Of a DNA stretch of 60,703 nucleotides, positions 1 through 8,094 are shown one piece after another (position 1 is the first letter of the stretch; each line of letters opens with the position of its first letter). Under the pieces are notes generated by a model. That model ran no database searches. It had not been told where the DNA came from and worked only from the letters and a program-made list of their open reading frames with translations. The translations under genes were made by a program, and so were the position numbers. This stretch comes from an uncultured Clostridia bacterium (GTDB lineage: Bacteria > Bacillota > Clostridia > Christensenellales > UBA1242), in assembly GCA_934778125.1 (NCBI GenBank), contig CAKVOF010000002.1:1-60703 (forward strand). The letters are read 5' to 3'.

Positions 1-1
1 T

Positions 2-970
2 GTTGAAACTACTGCTGATTCAAGCAACTCAACAAGGAAAAAAAAGAAAAAAGTTAAGATTAAATACGTTAAAAAGAAAGTTAAAGTCTCAGAAGAAGAT
101 ATAATAAAATTTAACCTTTCACTTGCTAAAGACTATCTACTATATCTTTTTATGTTTTTGCTTGTTATGGGCGCTTCCGCTTTTTTATTTTATATGGGAT
201 TTAAAACTCCAGATCCTAAGATAACATATTTTATTTTCTTAGGGATTGTTGGAGCTTTATCTGTTGTTATGTTTCTTATATGTTTATTTAAGTCCATTTT
301 TAAAAAACAACTTTTAACAAAAACTTTATATAAAGAAGTTATCAAACCAAAACTTTCAACAAAAAACATTAGTTCTTCGTTTAAATATAATTCATCTCAA
401 AAACCAAAAAAAGAACAAAATGAAATTCTTGGAACCGTTACAAACAAATACATAATAAAGACCGTTTTACAAAAATTGACACTAAAAGAAAAAAACATTA
501 AAACCATTTGCAACGCAATTATCACAAAAAATAATGACTCGCTTACATTATTTTTAACCAAACTTAAAGGTAATTTTCCCAAAATATATGGCGAAAACGA
601 GTTGCCTAAAAACGCCGTAAAAATTAAATCTATCTCAAACAGCAATTTAAGTTTTGATATAACCTCACCAGACAAAAATTATGCAAAAAACATCTTAAAT
701 GGCGAAATAACTAAATCAATTAGTAGACTTTTAAATAGTTATAAAGAGTTTTCATTGTATATCTATAAAAACCACTTAATAATAATACTAAGTGGGAATC
801 AATTATTTAATTTATGTGAAAAAACAAAAACAGATAGAGCAAAATCTATATTAAGTGAAATTACAAGACTAACCGACTTTATAAGTGATAACTTTACTCT
901 TGTTGATCAATTAAATTCATTGCATTTAAAAGATTTAATGCCAAAACTAAAACAATCTAAGAAAAAATAA
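2..970 (+). CDS. hypothetical membrane protein, 5' end lies outside the window
   Basis: Frame is open from nt 2, with no stop before the ATG at 152 used by the ORF track. Two hydrophobic helices (LLYLFMFLLVMGASAFLFYMGF, YFIFLGIVGALSVVMFLICLF) are followed by a K/N-rich soluble part. No family recognised. Confidence 0.5.
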   Translation, partial: VETTADSSNSTRKKKKKVKIKYVKKKVKVSEEDIIKFNLSLAKDYLLYLFMFLLVMGASAFLFYMGFKTPDPKITYFIFLGIVGALSVVMFLICLFKSIFKKQLLTKTLYKEVIKPKLSTKNISSSFKYNSSQKPKKEQNEILGTVTNKYIIKTVLQKLTLKEKNIKTICNAIITKNNDSLTLFLTKLKGNFPKIYGENELPKNAVKIKSISNSNLSFDITSPDKNYAKNILNGEITKSISRLLNSYKEFSLYIYKNHLIIILSGNQLFNLCEKTKTDRAKSILSEITRLTDFISDNFTLVDQLNSLHLKDLMPKLKQSKKK

Positions 971-992
971 TCTATCGTGTTAAATTAAAACA

Positions 993-1041
993 AACTTGAA
1001 TATAGGTTAAAACCATAATCATATTCAAGTTATTTTTTTTT
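993..1041 (+). terminator. rho-independent terminator of the upstream gene
   Basis: Perfect 11-bp stem AACTTGAATAT (993-1003) / ATATTCAAGTT (1021-1031) followed by a T-run at 1033-1041. Confidence 0.7.
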
Positions 1042-1066
1042 GTCAATTATAAAGTATTAATATTTC

Positions 1067-1083
1067 TTTATTTAAACTTTTTT
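1067..1083. repeat. 17-bp direct repeat, left copy (TTTATTTAAACTTTTTT); candidate target-site duplication or att core
   Basis: Identical 17-mer recurs at 13344-13360 in the same orientation. The two copies bracket the whole accessory block. Confidence 0.8.
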
Positions 1084-1110
1084 GTAAAGTTTTATTCTTA
1101 TAGCAAATAA
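1084..1110. repeat. left imperfect terminal inverted repeat of the element
   Basis: GTAAAGTTTTATTCTTATAGCAAATAA against the reverse complement of 13316-13342, GAAAAGTCAAGAAAATATAGCAAAAAA. 17/27 identical, in blocks G-AAAGT and TATAGCAAA-AA at the same offset from the direct repeats. Confidence 0.55.
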
Positions 1111-1182
1111 GGATGAAACTTTTTTTATTACATAAAACTGTTAGCCTTCGCCTTATTTAATTTAAGCAAAGGGGGTGTAAAT

Positions 1183-1380
1183 TTGGCATATCGCACTAGA
1201 AGAGCTTATAGCACTAATAAGCCTAGAAGAAAAAAGAGTTCTTATACAGAACTAGAAAGAATGGCTTACAATTTGGGTAAAGTTAAGCGTGGTTTAAACA
1301 ACCCAAACAGCAGAGTGTTTGAAAGTTACAAGAATGGTTGCACTGGTAAAACAACAAAGAATAGAAAACCATTAATTTAG
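1183..1380 (+). CDS. small highly basic protein (hypothetical)
   Basis: TTG start 7 nt after AAGGGGG. 65 aa, R/K-rich N-terminus (AYRTRRAYSTNKPRRKK). No family recognised. Confidence 0.55.
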   Translation: MAYRTRRAYSTNKPRRKKSSYTELERMAYNLGKVKRGLNNPNSRVFESYKNGCTGKTTKNRKPLI

Positions 1381-1399
1381 TTTATAAAGGAGAAAATGT

Positions 1400-1780
1400 T
1401 TGAGTATTCGCACAAGAAAAAAGAGTGGCTTTGCTAGGACAAAAAATTACCCACACAAAAGACACCCTGCAACTTATAATCGTATTGGAAATGATGAAAT
1501 AGAATACATTACTTTCACACATCATAACCCAGCAAGAATTAATGATAAAACTTATAACACACTACCCCTATCAACGAATATTGATGTTACAGAAAGGGGC
1601 AAAAGCAAGTCTTACGCATTTCCAAAAGTATTTTTAGGCAAAAGGTCGGCACTTGGTAAAGAAGATAAAAATTTAAGTTTAACAAAAGAAGATAAAAAAT
1701 TTGTTGATAGTTTATTTAAAACTTTACCAAAAGTAAAAGTCCCTTATTCCACTAATTCCAAAAAGAAAAAACGAAAATAA
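1400..1780 (+). CDS. basic hypothetical protein
   Basis: TTG start 7 nt after AAGGAG. 126 aa with basic N- and C-termini (SIRTRKKSGFARTK..., ...NSKKKKRK). Confidence 0.55.
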   Translation: MSIRTRKKSGFARTKNYPHKRHPATYNRIGNDEIEYITFTHHNPARINDKTYNTLPLSTNIDVTERGKSKSYAFPKVFLGKRSALGKEDKNLSLTKEDKKFVDSLFKTLPKVKVPYSTNSKKKKRK

Positions 1781-2078
1781 AAAAAGAAAGTGCCTACAAG
1801 TATATAAATACTTCATTTGGTAGGGGGCTACAAGGTTTTACAACCGAGCCAATCACTTTCAACAACTATTATACTCAAAAAAATTATAAAGTCAACCCTT
1901 TATAACAAAAAAGTTCCGACATCGTCACCAAATTCAATTTGGTGTTGTTCGGCACACAATTACAACTGAATAAAACTGTAAGTTTCCTATGAATGTAGTA
2001 GTAGGCACACAATCGGTAGTTATAAAGCCGATTACAAAAAAACTAGCCAATAAAAATAAAATATAAGGAGAATAAAAA
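1781..2078. other. non-coding structured intergenic region of the element
   Basis: About 300 nt without a credible ORF. Hairpins at 1793-1824, 1926-1944 (8-bp stem CACCAAAT/ATTTGGTG) and 2011-2033. Direct repeat GGCACACAAT at 1951-1960 and 2004-2013. GTGCCTAC (1790-1797) is inverted as GTAGGCAC (2001-2008). Confidence 0.5.
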
Positions 2079-2393
2079 ATGGCAAATAATGTTAAAAGAA
2101 TGATTAAAGAAGATGGAATTGTATTAGAAAAAATTTATAAAAAAGCTTCTGACACTATGAAGTTGTCTGATGGTCGTGTTATTGAAGCACAACCTGAAAG
2201 ATATTTCTTAAAATGTGTTAGTGGCGAAGATTTTGTAAAAGATACTGGTTTTTTGAACTCAACAATCTTGGAATATAAAGTGGACAAGCAAGTATTCGAT
2301 AAAGTTATCGCATACTCCCCTGTCATTGTAAGATATGAAGTTTCCAATTTTGGTGCAAAAGCAGTATCAGCAGAACTTAAAGAAAATAAATAA
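2079..2393 (+). CDS. hypothetical protein; its position ahead of the coat-like genes suggests an ssDNA-binding (gV-like) role
   Basis: ATG preceded by AAGGAG. 104 aa, soluble. The functional guess is positional only. Confidence 0.6.
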   Translation: MANNVKRMIKEDGIVLEKIYKKASDTMKLSDGRVIEAQPERYFLKCVSGEDFVKDTGFLNSTILEYKVDKQVFDKVIAYSPVIVRYEVSNFGAKAVSAELKENK

Positions 2394-2407
2394 AGAGGAG
2401 AATCAAT

Positions 2408-2605
2408 TTGACAGTATTTAAAAATTTTATGTTAGTGCTTTTAGGTATGGTGTGTGCAGCTGCAATTTTCTGTGCAACAGTTGGTATTGGCTGTGCAGTA
2501 AACGGTGTAACTTTCGGGCAACAAATTGTTGATTGGTTTGGCACAGCAAAACCCGCTGTTGATACTGGTGCAGAAGCACTTGCAATGATTAAACCAATAA
2601 TCTAA
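2408..2605 (+). CDS. small hydrophobic protein, candidate virion coat protein
   Basis: TTG start 7 nt after GAGGAG. 65 aa with a signal/TM-like N-terminus (FMLVLLGMVCAAAIFCATVGIGCA). Confidence 0.55.
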   Translation: MTVFKNFMLVLLGMVCAAAIFCATVGIGCAVNGVTFGQQIVDWFGTAKPAVDTGAEALAMIKPII

Positions 2606-2620
2606 TAAAGGAATTGTTCT

Positions 2621-2779
2621 ATGAAAAAAATATTACTAATTATTATAATAGTTGTTTTAGTAGTGTTGTTTGGAACATTCCCATTATCCATTCTATCTAA
2701 AATTTTTCAGTTCATTGGCAATGCTATTGAAGGGCTAGCAAAAGTATTAAATTTTTTCGGGTGGAATGGAATTGTGTAA
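2621..2779 (+). CDS. 52-aa hydrophobic protein absent from the ORF track, candidate coat protein
   Basis: ATG at 2621 after AAAGGAA. Translates to MKKILLIIIIVVLVVLFGTFPLSILSKIFQFIGNAIEGLAKVLNFFGWNGIV, with TAA at 2777-2779. A terminator follows directly. Confidence 0.5.
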   Translation: MKKILLIIIIVVLVVLFGTFPLSILSKIFQFIGNAIEGLAKVLNFFGWNGIV

Positions 2780-2785
2780 TAAACA

Positions 2786-2826
2786 AAAGCACTATCTAGG
2801 ACAACCTATGTAGTGCTTTTTATTTT
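2786..2826 (+). terminator. rho-independent terminator after the small-protein module
   Basis: Stem AAAGCACTA (2786-2794) / TAGTGCTTT (2811-2819) followed by a T-rich tail. Confidence 0.6.
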
Positions 2827-2853
2827 AATTAAAATTTATATAAAGGAGAAAAT

Positions 2854-4242
2854 ATGAAAATATTAAAAGTTTTAGGTAACTGTTGTTTAGTTTTCCTTGC
2901 AGTAATTAGTGTTTGTATCTCCCTTGCATTTTGTTATTATCATTTTTTTGTTGATGATATTATAATGGGTGTCAATTATATAGACAACCAAGTAGGCTTA
3001 GATATTGAAGAAAAATTAAAAAATGATACTACTATAACCGAAGAAGAGAGAAACGAACTAGAAGACAGATATTTTCTAGAAGTCAACTATTATAGCAACG
3101 AGAAAAAGAATGGTATCGAACTGCAAGAGTTAAAACTTAATTATTTTACAGATTATTCTTTGACTTCTTCTGCTTATCGTTCTACTGGTATGCAATATAT
3201 CGGCAATTACAAGGCACTTCCACTAGACACTTGGGATGGAAACAGTGAAGTTAAGTTTATGAAACTATTTGGTAATAACGATAGATATTACGGAACTTCT
3301 GATGAATGTGTTGCAATAGCAAACAATTATGTTGACCCAAACTTCTATTACTATGACTCAATAAATGGTGTCAATTTTAATGGTATAACCAACAATAATG
3401 GTAGTATCGCAACAGAACTTAAAAGAACAACTGGCTTTATTGTAAAGATAGATAATAGGGCTTTTGAAGTTAGACTTAACAAATACTTTGATAAAGATGT
3501 TGGCGATGTTAGAAATATCTTTGGTGTAGGTTGGAAAGTTGGCGAAAAATACAACCGTTATTATTACACCTATGGTAGTCTTTTCCAATCATGTTTACAA
3601 GCAACAAATATTCAAAGTGCTGGGAATGGAACATTTTATGTAACAGTAGATTTAAGTTCTTTATTTTCAATAAGAGAATACGACCTTACAACTAAAAAAT
3701 ACAAAGAAGATAATGTTACAGATGTTATTAAAAACTATGCTGTTATGAAATTCACAAAAAATGAAAATGGTGCAAGTAATAGCACTCAATCCATGTTCGG
3801 TATTATTGAAAATAGCACTAAATACGACTTAAAAGAAGACAAAATAGACACTACTTACTGGCAAGAAAGAATGCTTTATACATTATCTGAGAAAGACTTC
3901 ACTTATCGTTATAGTGATGTTTACAAGGGCTATTTTGCTAGTCTTAATTTAGACACTAAAAAGATGTTTGCAGATATGCCAAGAGCAAAAGTCAATATAA
4001 CCATGAACTTACAATCAAAATATTTGACAGATAACAAAATTAACATTGTTGGTTTTGATTATAACGGACTAGAAGATTTTGAAATTGATACGTTAACAAT
4101 TACTGGTAAAAGTCAAACATTTTATTTACTAGAAAAATCATTGTATAACACCAATTTACAAATACTTAAATATTCTAGTGGAATAACATTTGATTTTGGC
4201 TCTAATGCCATAAATAACGAATATACGGGGGTGGCTCTATGA
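2854..4242 (+). CDS. large N-terminally membrane-anchored protein (hypothetical, structural or adsorption module)
   Basis: AAGGAG RBS. 462 aa with an N-terminal TM (CCLVFLAVISVCISLAFCYYHFF). Its stop overlaps the next start (ATGA at 4239-4242). Confidence 0.65.
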   Translation: MKILKVLGNCCLVFLAVISVCISLAFCYYHFFVDDIIMGVNYIDNQVGLDIEEKLKNDTTITEEERNELEDRYFLEVNYYSNEKKNGIELQELKLNYFTDYSLTSSAYRSTGMQYIGNYKALPLDTWDGNSEVKFMKLFGNNDRYYGTSDECVAIANNYVDPNFYYYDSINGVNFNGITNNNGSIATELKRTTGFIVKIDNRAFEVRLNKYFDKDVGDVRNIFGVGWKVGEKYNRYYYTYGSLFQSCLQATNIQSAGNGTFYVTVDLSSLFSIREYDLTTKKYKEDNVTDVIKNYAVMKFTKNENGASNSTQSMFGIIENSTKYDLKEDKIDTTYWQERMLYTLSEKDFTYRYSDVYKGYFASLNLDTKKMFADMPRAKVNITMNLQSKYLTDNKINIVGFDYNGLEDFEIDTLTITGKSQTFYLLEKSLYNTNLQILKYSSGITFDFGSNAINNEYTGVAL

Positions 4243-4751
4243 AATGGTATTCTTATGTAATCTGCTTTATTTTAATAGTTGTAGGCACATTTTGTGGTAT
4301 TCAGTTATTTAAAGAAGTTAAAGCTGAAAGTTATGTAAATGGCACAATAGATATTTCTAATAAATTTAGTCAAGAAAGTTTCTTTTATTCTGACCAAAGT
4401 GTAGTGTTTTATCACGATACTTACGATGATACAGACACATATTCTTTTGAAAAGGACTTGTTAAAGGTTGAAGATTTTAACGGAACTGATAAAGAATATA
4501 AGATTGTTCTTAATAACTATGTATTGACTAATTGCGATATTAAGGCTGGCTCTATCTTCTCTACTATTTTAATGGACTTTTACAACACTGATGGAGAACT
4601 TGTTTGCCCCGCAACAATGCAGATGTCTATCAAATTTTTAAGCAACAAAACACAATTAACCTTAACAACAAAAGGTAACAAAAATTCAAGTTTCTTTGAA
4701 CAGTATTTCAAAGATAATGGCATTAAATTACAAGTTATAGAAATTTTATAA
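4239..4751 (+). CDS. N-terminally membrane-anchored hypothetical protein
   Basis: 170 aa with TM YVICFILIVVGTFCGIQLF. Translationally coupled to the upstream gene. Confidence 0.65.
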   Translation: MKWYSYVICFILIVVGTFCGIQLFKEVKAESYVNGTIDISNKFSQESFFYSDQSVVFYHDTYDDTDTYSFEKDLLKVEDFNGTDKEYKIVLNNYVLTNCDIKAGSIFSTILMDFYNTDGELVCPATMQMSIKFLSNKTQLTLTTKGNKNSSFFEQYFKDNGIKLQVIEIL

Positions 4752-4761
4752 AGGAGAAACT

Positions 4762-6882
4762 ATGGAAACAAAAAAAGTTTTAGGTATTATATTTAGCCTA
4801 CTCTTTGTTGGTGCATTTGCTTTTGTTCTTTCTTGGGGAATTATAAACTTCAATAAAATTAAAGATGGAATGTCTGGAACTGGTGTTTATACCAAAGAAG
4901 ATATAAACAAGTCGTACGAAGATGGTTATAATACTGCTCTAACAGATAAAGAAGAATATACAAAGCTTATTGCTAGTTATAGAGATACAATCACAACATT
5001 AAATGATAATATCTCACAACTTAATTCACAAGTTACTATTCTTCAAAATAACAACAAAGATTATTCAAATCAAATTGACAAATTGAACACACAAAAAACT
5101 TCTCTTGAAACACAAGTAAATAATCTTACTACAATCAAAACAAATAATGAAACCACTATTGCAAGTTTGAATAGTCAAATCGCAAGTTTGCGAAATCAAG
5201 TTACTAATCTTACAAATAGTGGCGAAGATAAAAGCGAACAAATCAAAACTTTGAACAGCCAAATTACGACATTACAAAACACTGTTTCACAGTTACAAAC
5301 CATTAATAATATGAATGTTGATACTATCACAAGTTTGAATACACAAATTACTAATCTTAATACTCAAATAAGTGATATGACTTTACAATCTCAAAATTCA
5401 CAAAGTCAAATCAATGCTCTTAACAACAAAATCAGCGAACTACAAACAAGTGTAACTTACTATGAAAGTTATATTGCACAACTTGAAAATGGCGAACAGG
5501 TCGTTGCAACATTCGAGTTTGATGGAAGTGTCTATAATATTCAAATCGTAAATAAAGGTTCTAAACTTTCTGTAACAACTCCAACAAGTACTGACTATAA
5601 AATATTTAATGTTTGGACTGTAAATGGTTCTGCTATTGATTTATCTACTTACACAATTACTACCAACACAAAAATTGTTGCAGATGTTACATATAAATAT
5701 GATGTTAAATTCAAAGTTGACAATACAATTTACAATAGTCAAATAGTAACTAAAAATTGTTATGCAACAATACCCACAAATCCAACTAAAACTGGTTATG
5801 AGTTTGATGGTTGGTCTTTGAATGGTGTTGATGTTATATCAGATATTACAACTAGACAAGTTACACAAAATGTAACATATATTGCCGTGTTTACTAAAGT
5901 TCATAATGTTACTTTTATTAATGGAGACAATGTTATTTCAACTCAGATGATAAGAAATGGTGAATATGCAGAAACTCCTTCCAAACCTTTTAAACCTGGA
6001 TATCTTTTTAATGGTTGGACTATAAATTCTTTACCTGTGGAATTGACATCATATAAGATTTTTAACGATGTTGTAATTAATTCTAATTTTTCTCAATTAA
6101 CTTGGAAAGAAACTGACACCGGTATTTATACTCCTGGTCCTGTTGTAACTTTTAATTCAAAACAATATTCAATAATTGATGGTAATGTTCATGTTTTTGA
6201 CAAAGACAACAAGCAATGGAATTTGATTATAACAAATCCAGATACAACTTTGACTTCTGTTTCTTTATGGACTGATAATACACATTTATTCATTTCATAT
6301 AATAATAGCAATGGACTAAAACCACACAATTATTTTATAGATACTGAAAAAAATCAATTAATTGAAACCCCATTCTTTAGTAAAAGTGTAATTTTTATAT
6401 ATAATACAATTATTAATATTGATGGTATTATTTATTTAAATTCTTCTAATCCTTTAGATTCTTCACATTCTACAGAAGTGTTTAATAGCGAAACTATGCA
6501 GTTTGAAGAAAGCGAAATAACTTTACCTGTTGGTGAATATTTCACTTTTAAGGGTATTACTTATGTATTTTATCAAAATATTCTTTACAAATATAATAAA
6601 AACACTAATGCTTTAGAAGATATTGGATTTACTAAAAGGTTTACTTCTGTTTCTGGCTTTTGGACTGATGGTGATACTTTATATTTTAGTGCTCCGGGTT
6701 ATAGTGATGATGTAAATGTTTGTCTAAATGAAATAACTAATACTTGGGTTGAAATAACTTGGGATACTGCTTCTCAAATACGTGGTATGGATGTTTGGTC
6801 TGATGGAGAGAATGTTTATGTTTCTTGTAAAAATCCATATACAAACACTACGTATGCGTATGTTTTATCAGTAAAAAATTAG
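4762..6882 (+). CDS. TM-anchored coiled-coil protein with Listeria-Bacteroides-type repeats and a repeat-rich C-terminal domain; candidate host-adsorption (gIII-like) protein
   Basis: AAGGAG RBS. N-terminal TM, then a coiled coil of about 190 aa with recurring LNSQI/LNTQI heptads. Three units of about 65 aa contain G(Y/F)xFxGW (GYEFDGWSLNG, GYLFNGWTIN, FNVWTVNG). The C-terminus has repeated W(T/S)D..xxY(F/I/V)S blades. Confidence 0.6.
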   Translation: METKKVLGIIFSLLFVGAFAFVLSWGIINFNKIKDGMSGTGVYTKEDINKSYEDGYNTALTDKEEYTKLIASYRDTITTLNDNISQLNSQVTILQNNNKDYSNQIDKLNTQKTSLETQVNNLTTIKTNNETTIASLNSQIASLRNQVTNLTNSGEDKSEQIKTLNSQITTLQNTVSQLQTINNMNVDTITSLNTQITNLNTQISDMTLQSQNSQSQINALNNKISELQTSVTYYESYIAQLENGEQVVATFEFDGSVYNIQIVNKGSKLSVTTPTSTDYKIFNVWTVNGSAIDLSTYTITTNTKIVADVTYKYDVKFKVDNTIYNSQIVTKNCYATIPTNPTKTGYEFDGWSLNGVDVISDITTRQVTQNVTYIAVFTKVHNVTFINGDNVISTQMIRNGEYAETPSKPFKPGYLFNGWTINSLPVELTSYKIFNDVVINSNFSQLTWKETDTGIYTPGPVVTFNSKQYSIIDGNVHVFDKDNKQWNLIITNPDTTLTSVSLWTDNTHLFISYNNSNGLKPHNYFIDTEKNQLIETPFFSKSVIFIYNTIINIDGIIYLNSSNPLDSSHSTEVFNSETMQFEESEITLPVGEYFTFKGITYVFYQNILYKYNKNTNALEDIGFTKRFTSVSGFWTDGDTLYFSAPGYSDDVNVCLNEITNTWVEITWDTASQIRGMDVWSDGENVYVSCKNPYTNTTYAYVLSVKN

Positions 6883-6883
6883 G

Positions 6884-7714
6884 TTGATACGAATTATGAT
6901 AACAATAATTTTTGCACCGCCAAGAACTGGTAAAACTTGCTTTATGACGCATATGTTAAACATTCAAGCATTCAATAGACAACGAAACAGACAAATGCAA
7001 GTAGAACTATCAAACAAAGTGCAAAACGGCTTTACAAATATAAAGACTATACCTATTCACTGTGTTTCAGCCAACTATGACTGCAAATTCAAAAAGTTTG
7101 GGTATAGTCCAAGATTTAGCCGTAGAATAAACCCATATAGACTAGGCTTTGCAAACAAGTTTGTAAAAACACATTTCAACTTACCTTTTGAGTGTATCGG
7201 CATAACGGAAGCCCAAAAGTATTTGAATAGTAGAATGTCAATGTATTTTCCCGAATGGCAAAGCCGTTGGTACGAACAGCACGGACACAATAATTTAGAT
7301 ATATTCCTAGACACCCAAAGACCAATGCTAATCGATGTAAACATTCGAGAACTAGCACAGTTTATTGAAATTGTAAAACTTGACATTGATTATGATGAAT
7401 ATGACAAAGTTAAAAGTTTAACTTGGAAAATTAGAAAGATTGAAAATAGTAGCCTATTTGATAGATATATGGCAAGCGGAAAGAAAGATAAAGAGTGCTA
7501 TACCGAAGAAACAGTAACAGCAAACTACAATGTATTTGAGTGTTATGATAGTCAAAATTGCAAGCCAAAGTTCTATGAAGGTCACTTTGATGAAGATATT
7601 GACTATAACGAAAGTGAAAATACGGAAGAGACACTGCAAGGCTATATCAAATATTTACAAGGAAACGATGATGAGCTACCCGAAAATTATTATCAAAGGA
7701 GAAAAGCAAGTTGA
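6884..7714 (+). CDS. Zot / pI-like filamentous-phage assembly ATPase
   Basis: N-terminal Walker A, IIFAPPRTGKT. The ITEAQ and HGHNNLDIFLDTQRPMLIDVNIRELA blocks match the DEAQ and hRHxGxDiixxtQ...iR pattern of the Zot family. TTG at 6884, or ATG at 6896 (MITIIF...), is the start. Confidence 0.7.
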   Translation: MIRIMITIIFAPPRTGKTCFMTHMLNIQAFNRQRNRQMQVELSNKVQNGFTNIKTIPIHCVSANYDCKFKKFGYSPRFSRRINPYRLGFANKFVKTHFNLPFECIGITEAQKYLNSRMSMYFPEWQSRWYEQHGHNNLDIFLDTQRPMLIDVNIRELAQFIEIVKLDIDYDEYDKVKSLTWKIRKIENSSLFDRYMASGKKDKECYTEETVTANYNVFECYDSQNCKPKFYEGHFDEDIDYNESENTEETLQGYIKYLQGNDDELPENYYQRRKAS

Positions 7715-8094
7715 TAAATTTTAATAAAAACAAACTTATAAACAAAACCCTAGACAAGTATTATGAAACCTTTTCTCACACCCTAGACACTGCCGACTAT
7801 GTTCCAGAAAAGTTTAATAATAAAATACATAAATACATTTACAAAAATATGAAAAAAGCCTTTCGCAAAATAGACAAAGAAGACAACAAGTATCAGAAAG
7901 GCTTAAAACGAAAACTCAAACTGAAACAACAAGAAGAAAAAGCAACCGAAGACAAACCAAAGAACAAACTTGCTTTATTCTTCCAAAAGTTGTTTTCATG
8001 CAAAAAGCGAAGTGAAATTGTCAAGGAAAAAGCAGATTATTTTTTGGAACAAAAAATCAACGAGTGCGATAGCACTTCTGCCCTTGACAAGTGA
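7711..8094 (+). CDS. lysine-rich hypothetical protein
   Basis: TTG start 9 nt after AAAGGAG, overlapping the stop of the ATPase gene (TTGA). 127 aa, no TM. Confidence 0.5.
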   Translation: MINFNKNKLINKTLDKYYETFSHTLDTADYVPEKFNNKIHKYIYKNMKKAFRKIDKEDNKYQKGLKRKLKLKQQEEKATEDKPKNKLALFFQKLFSCKKRSEIVKEKADYFLEQKINECDSTSALDK

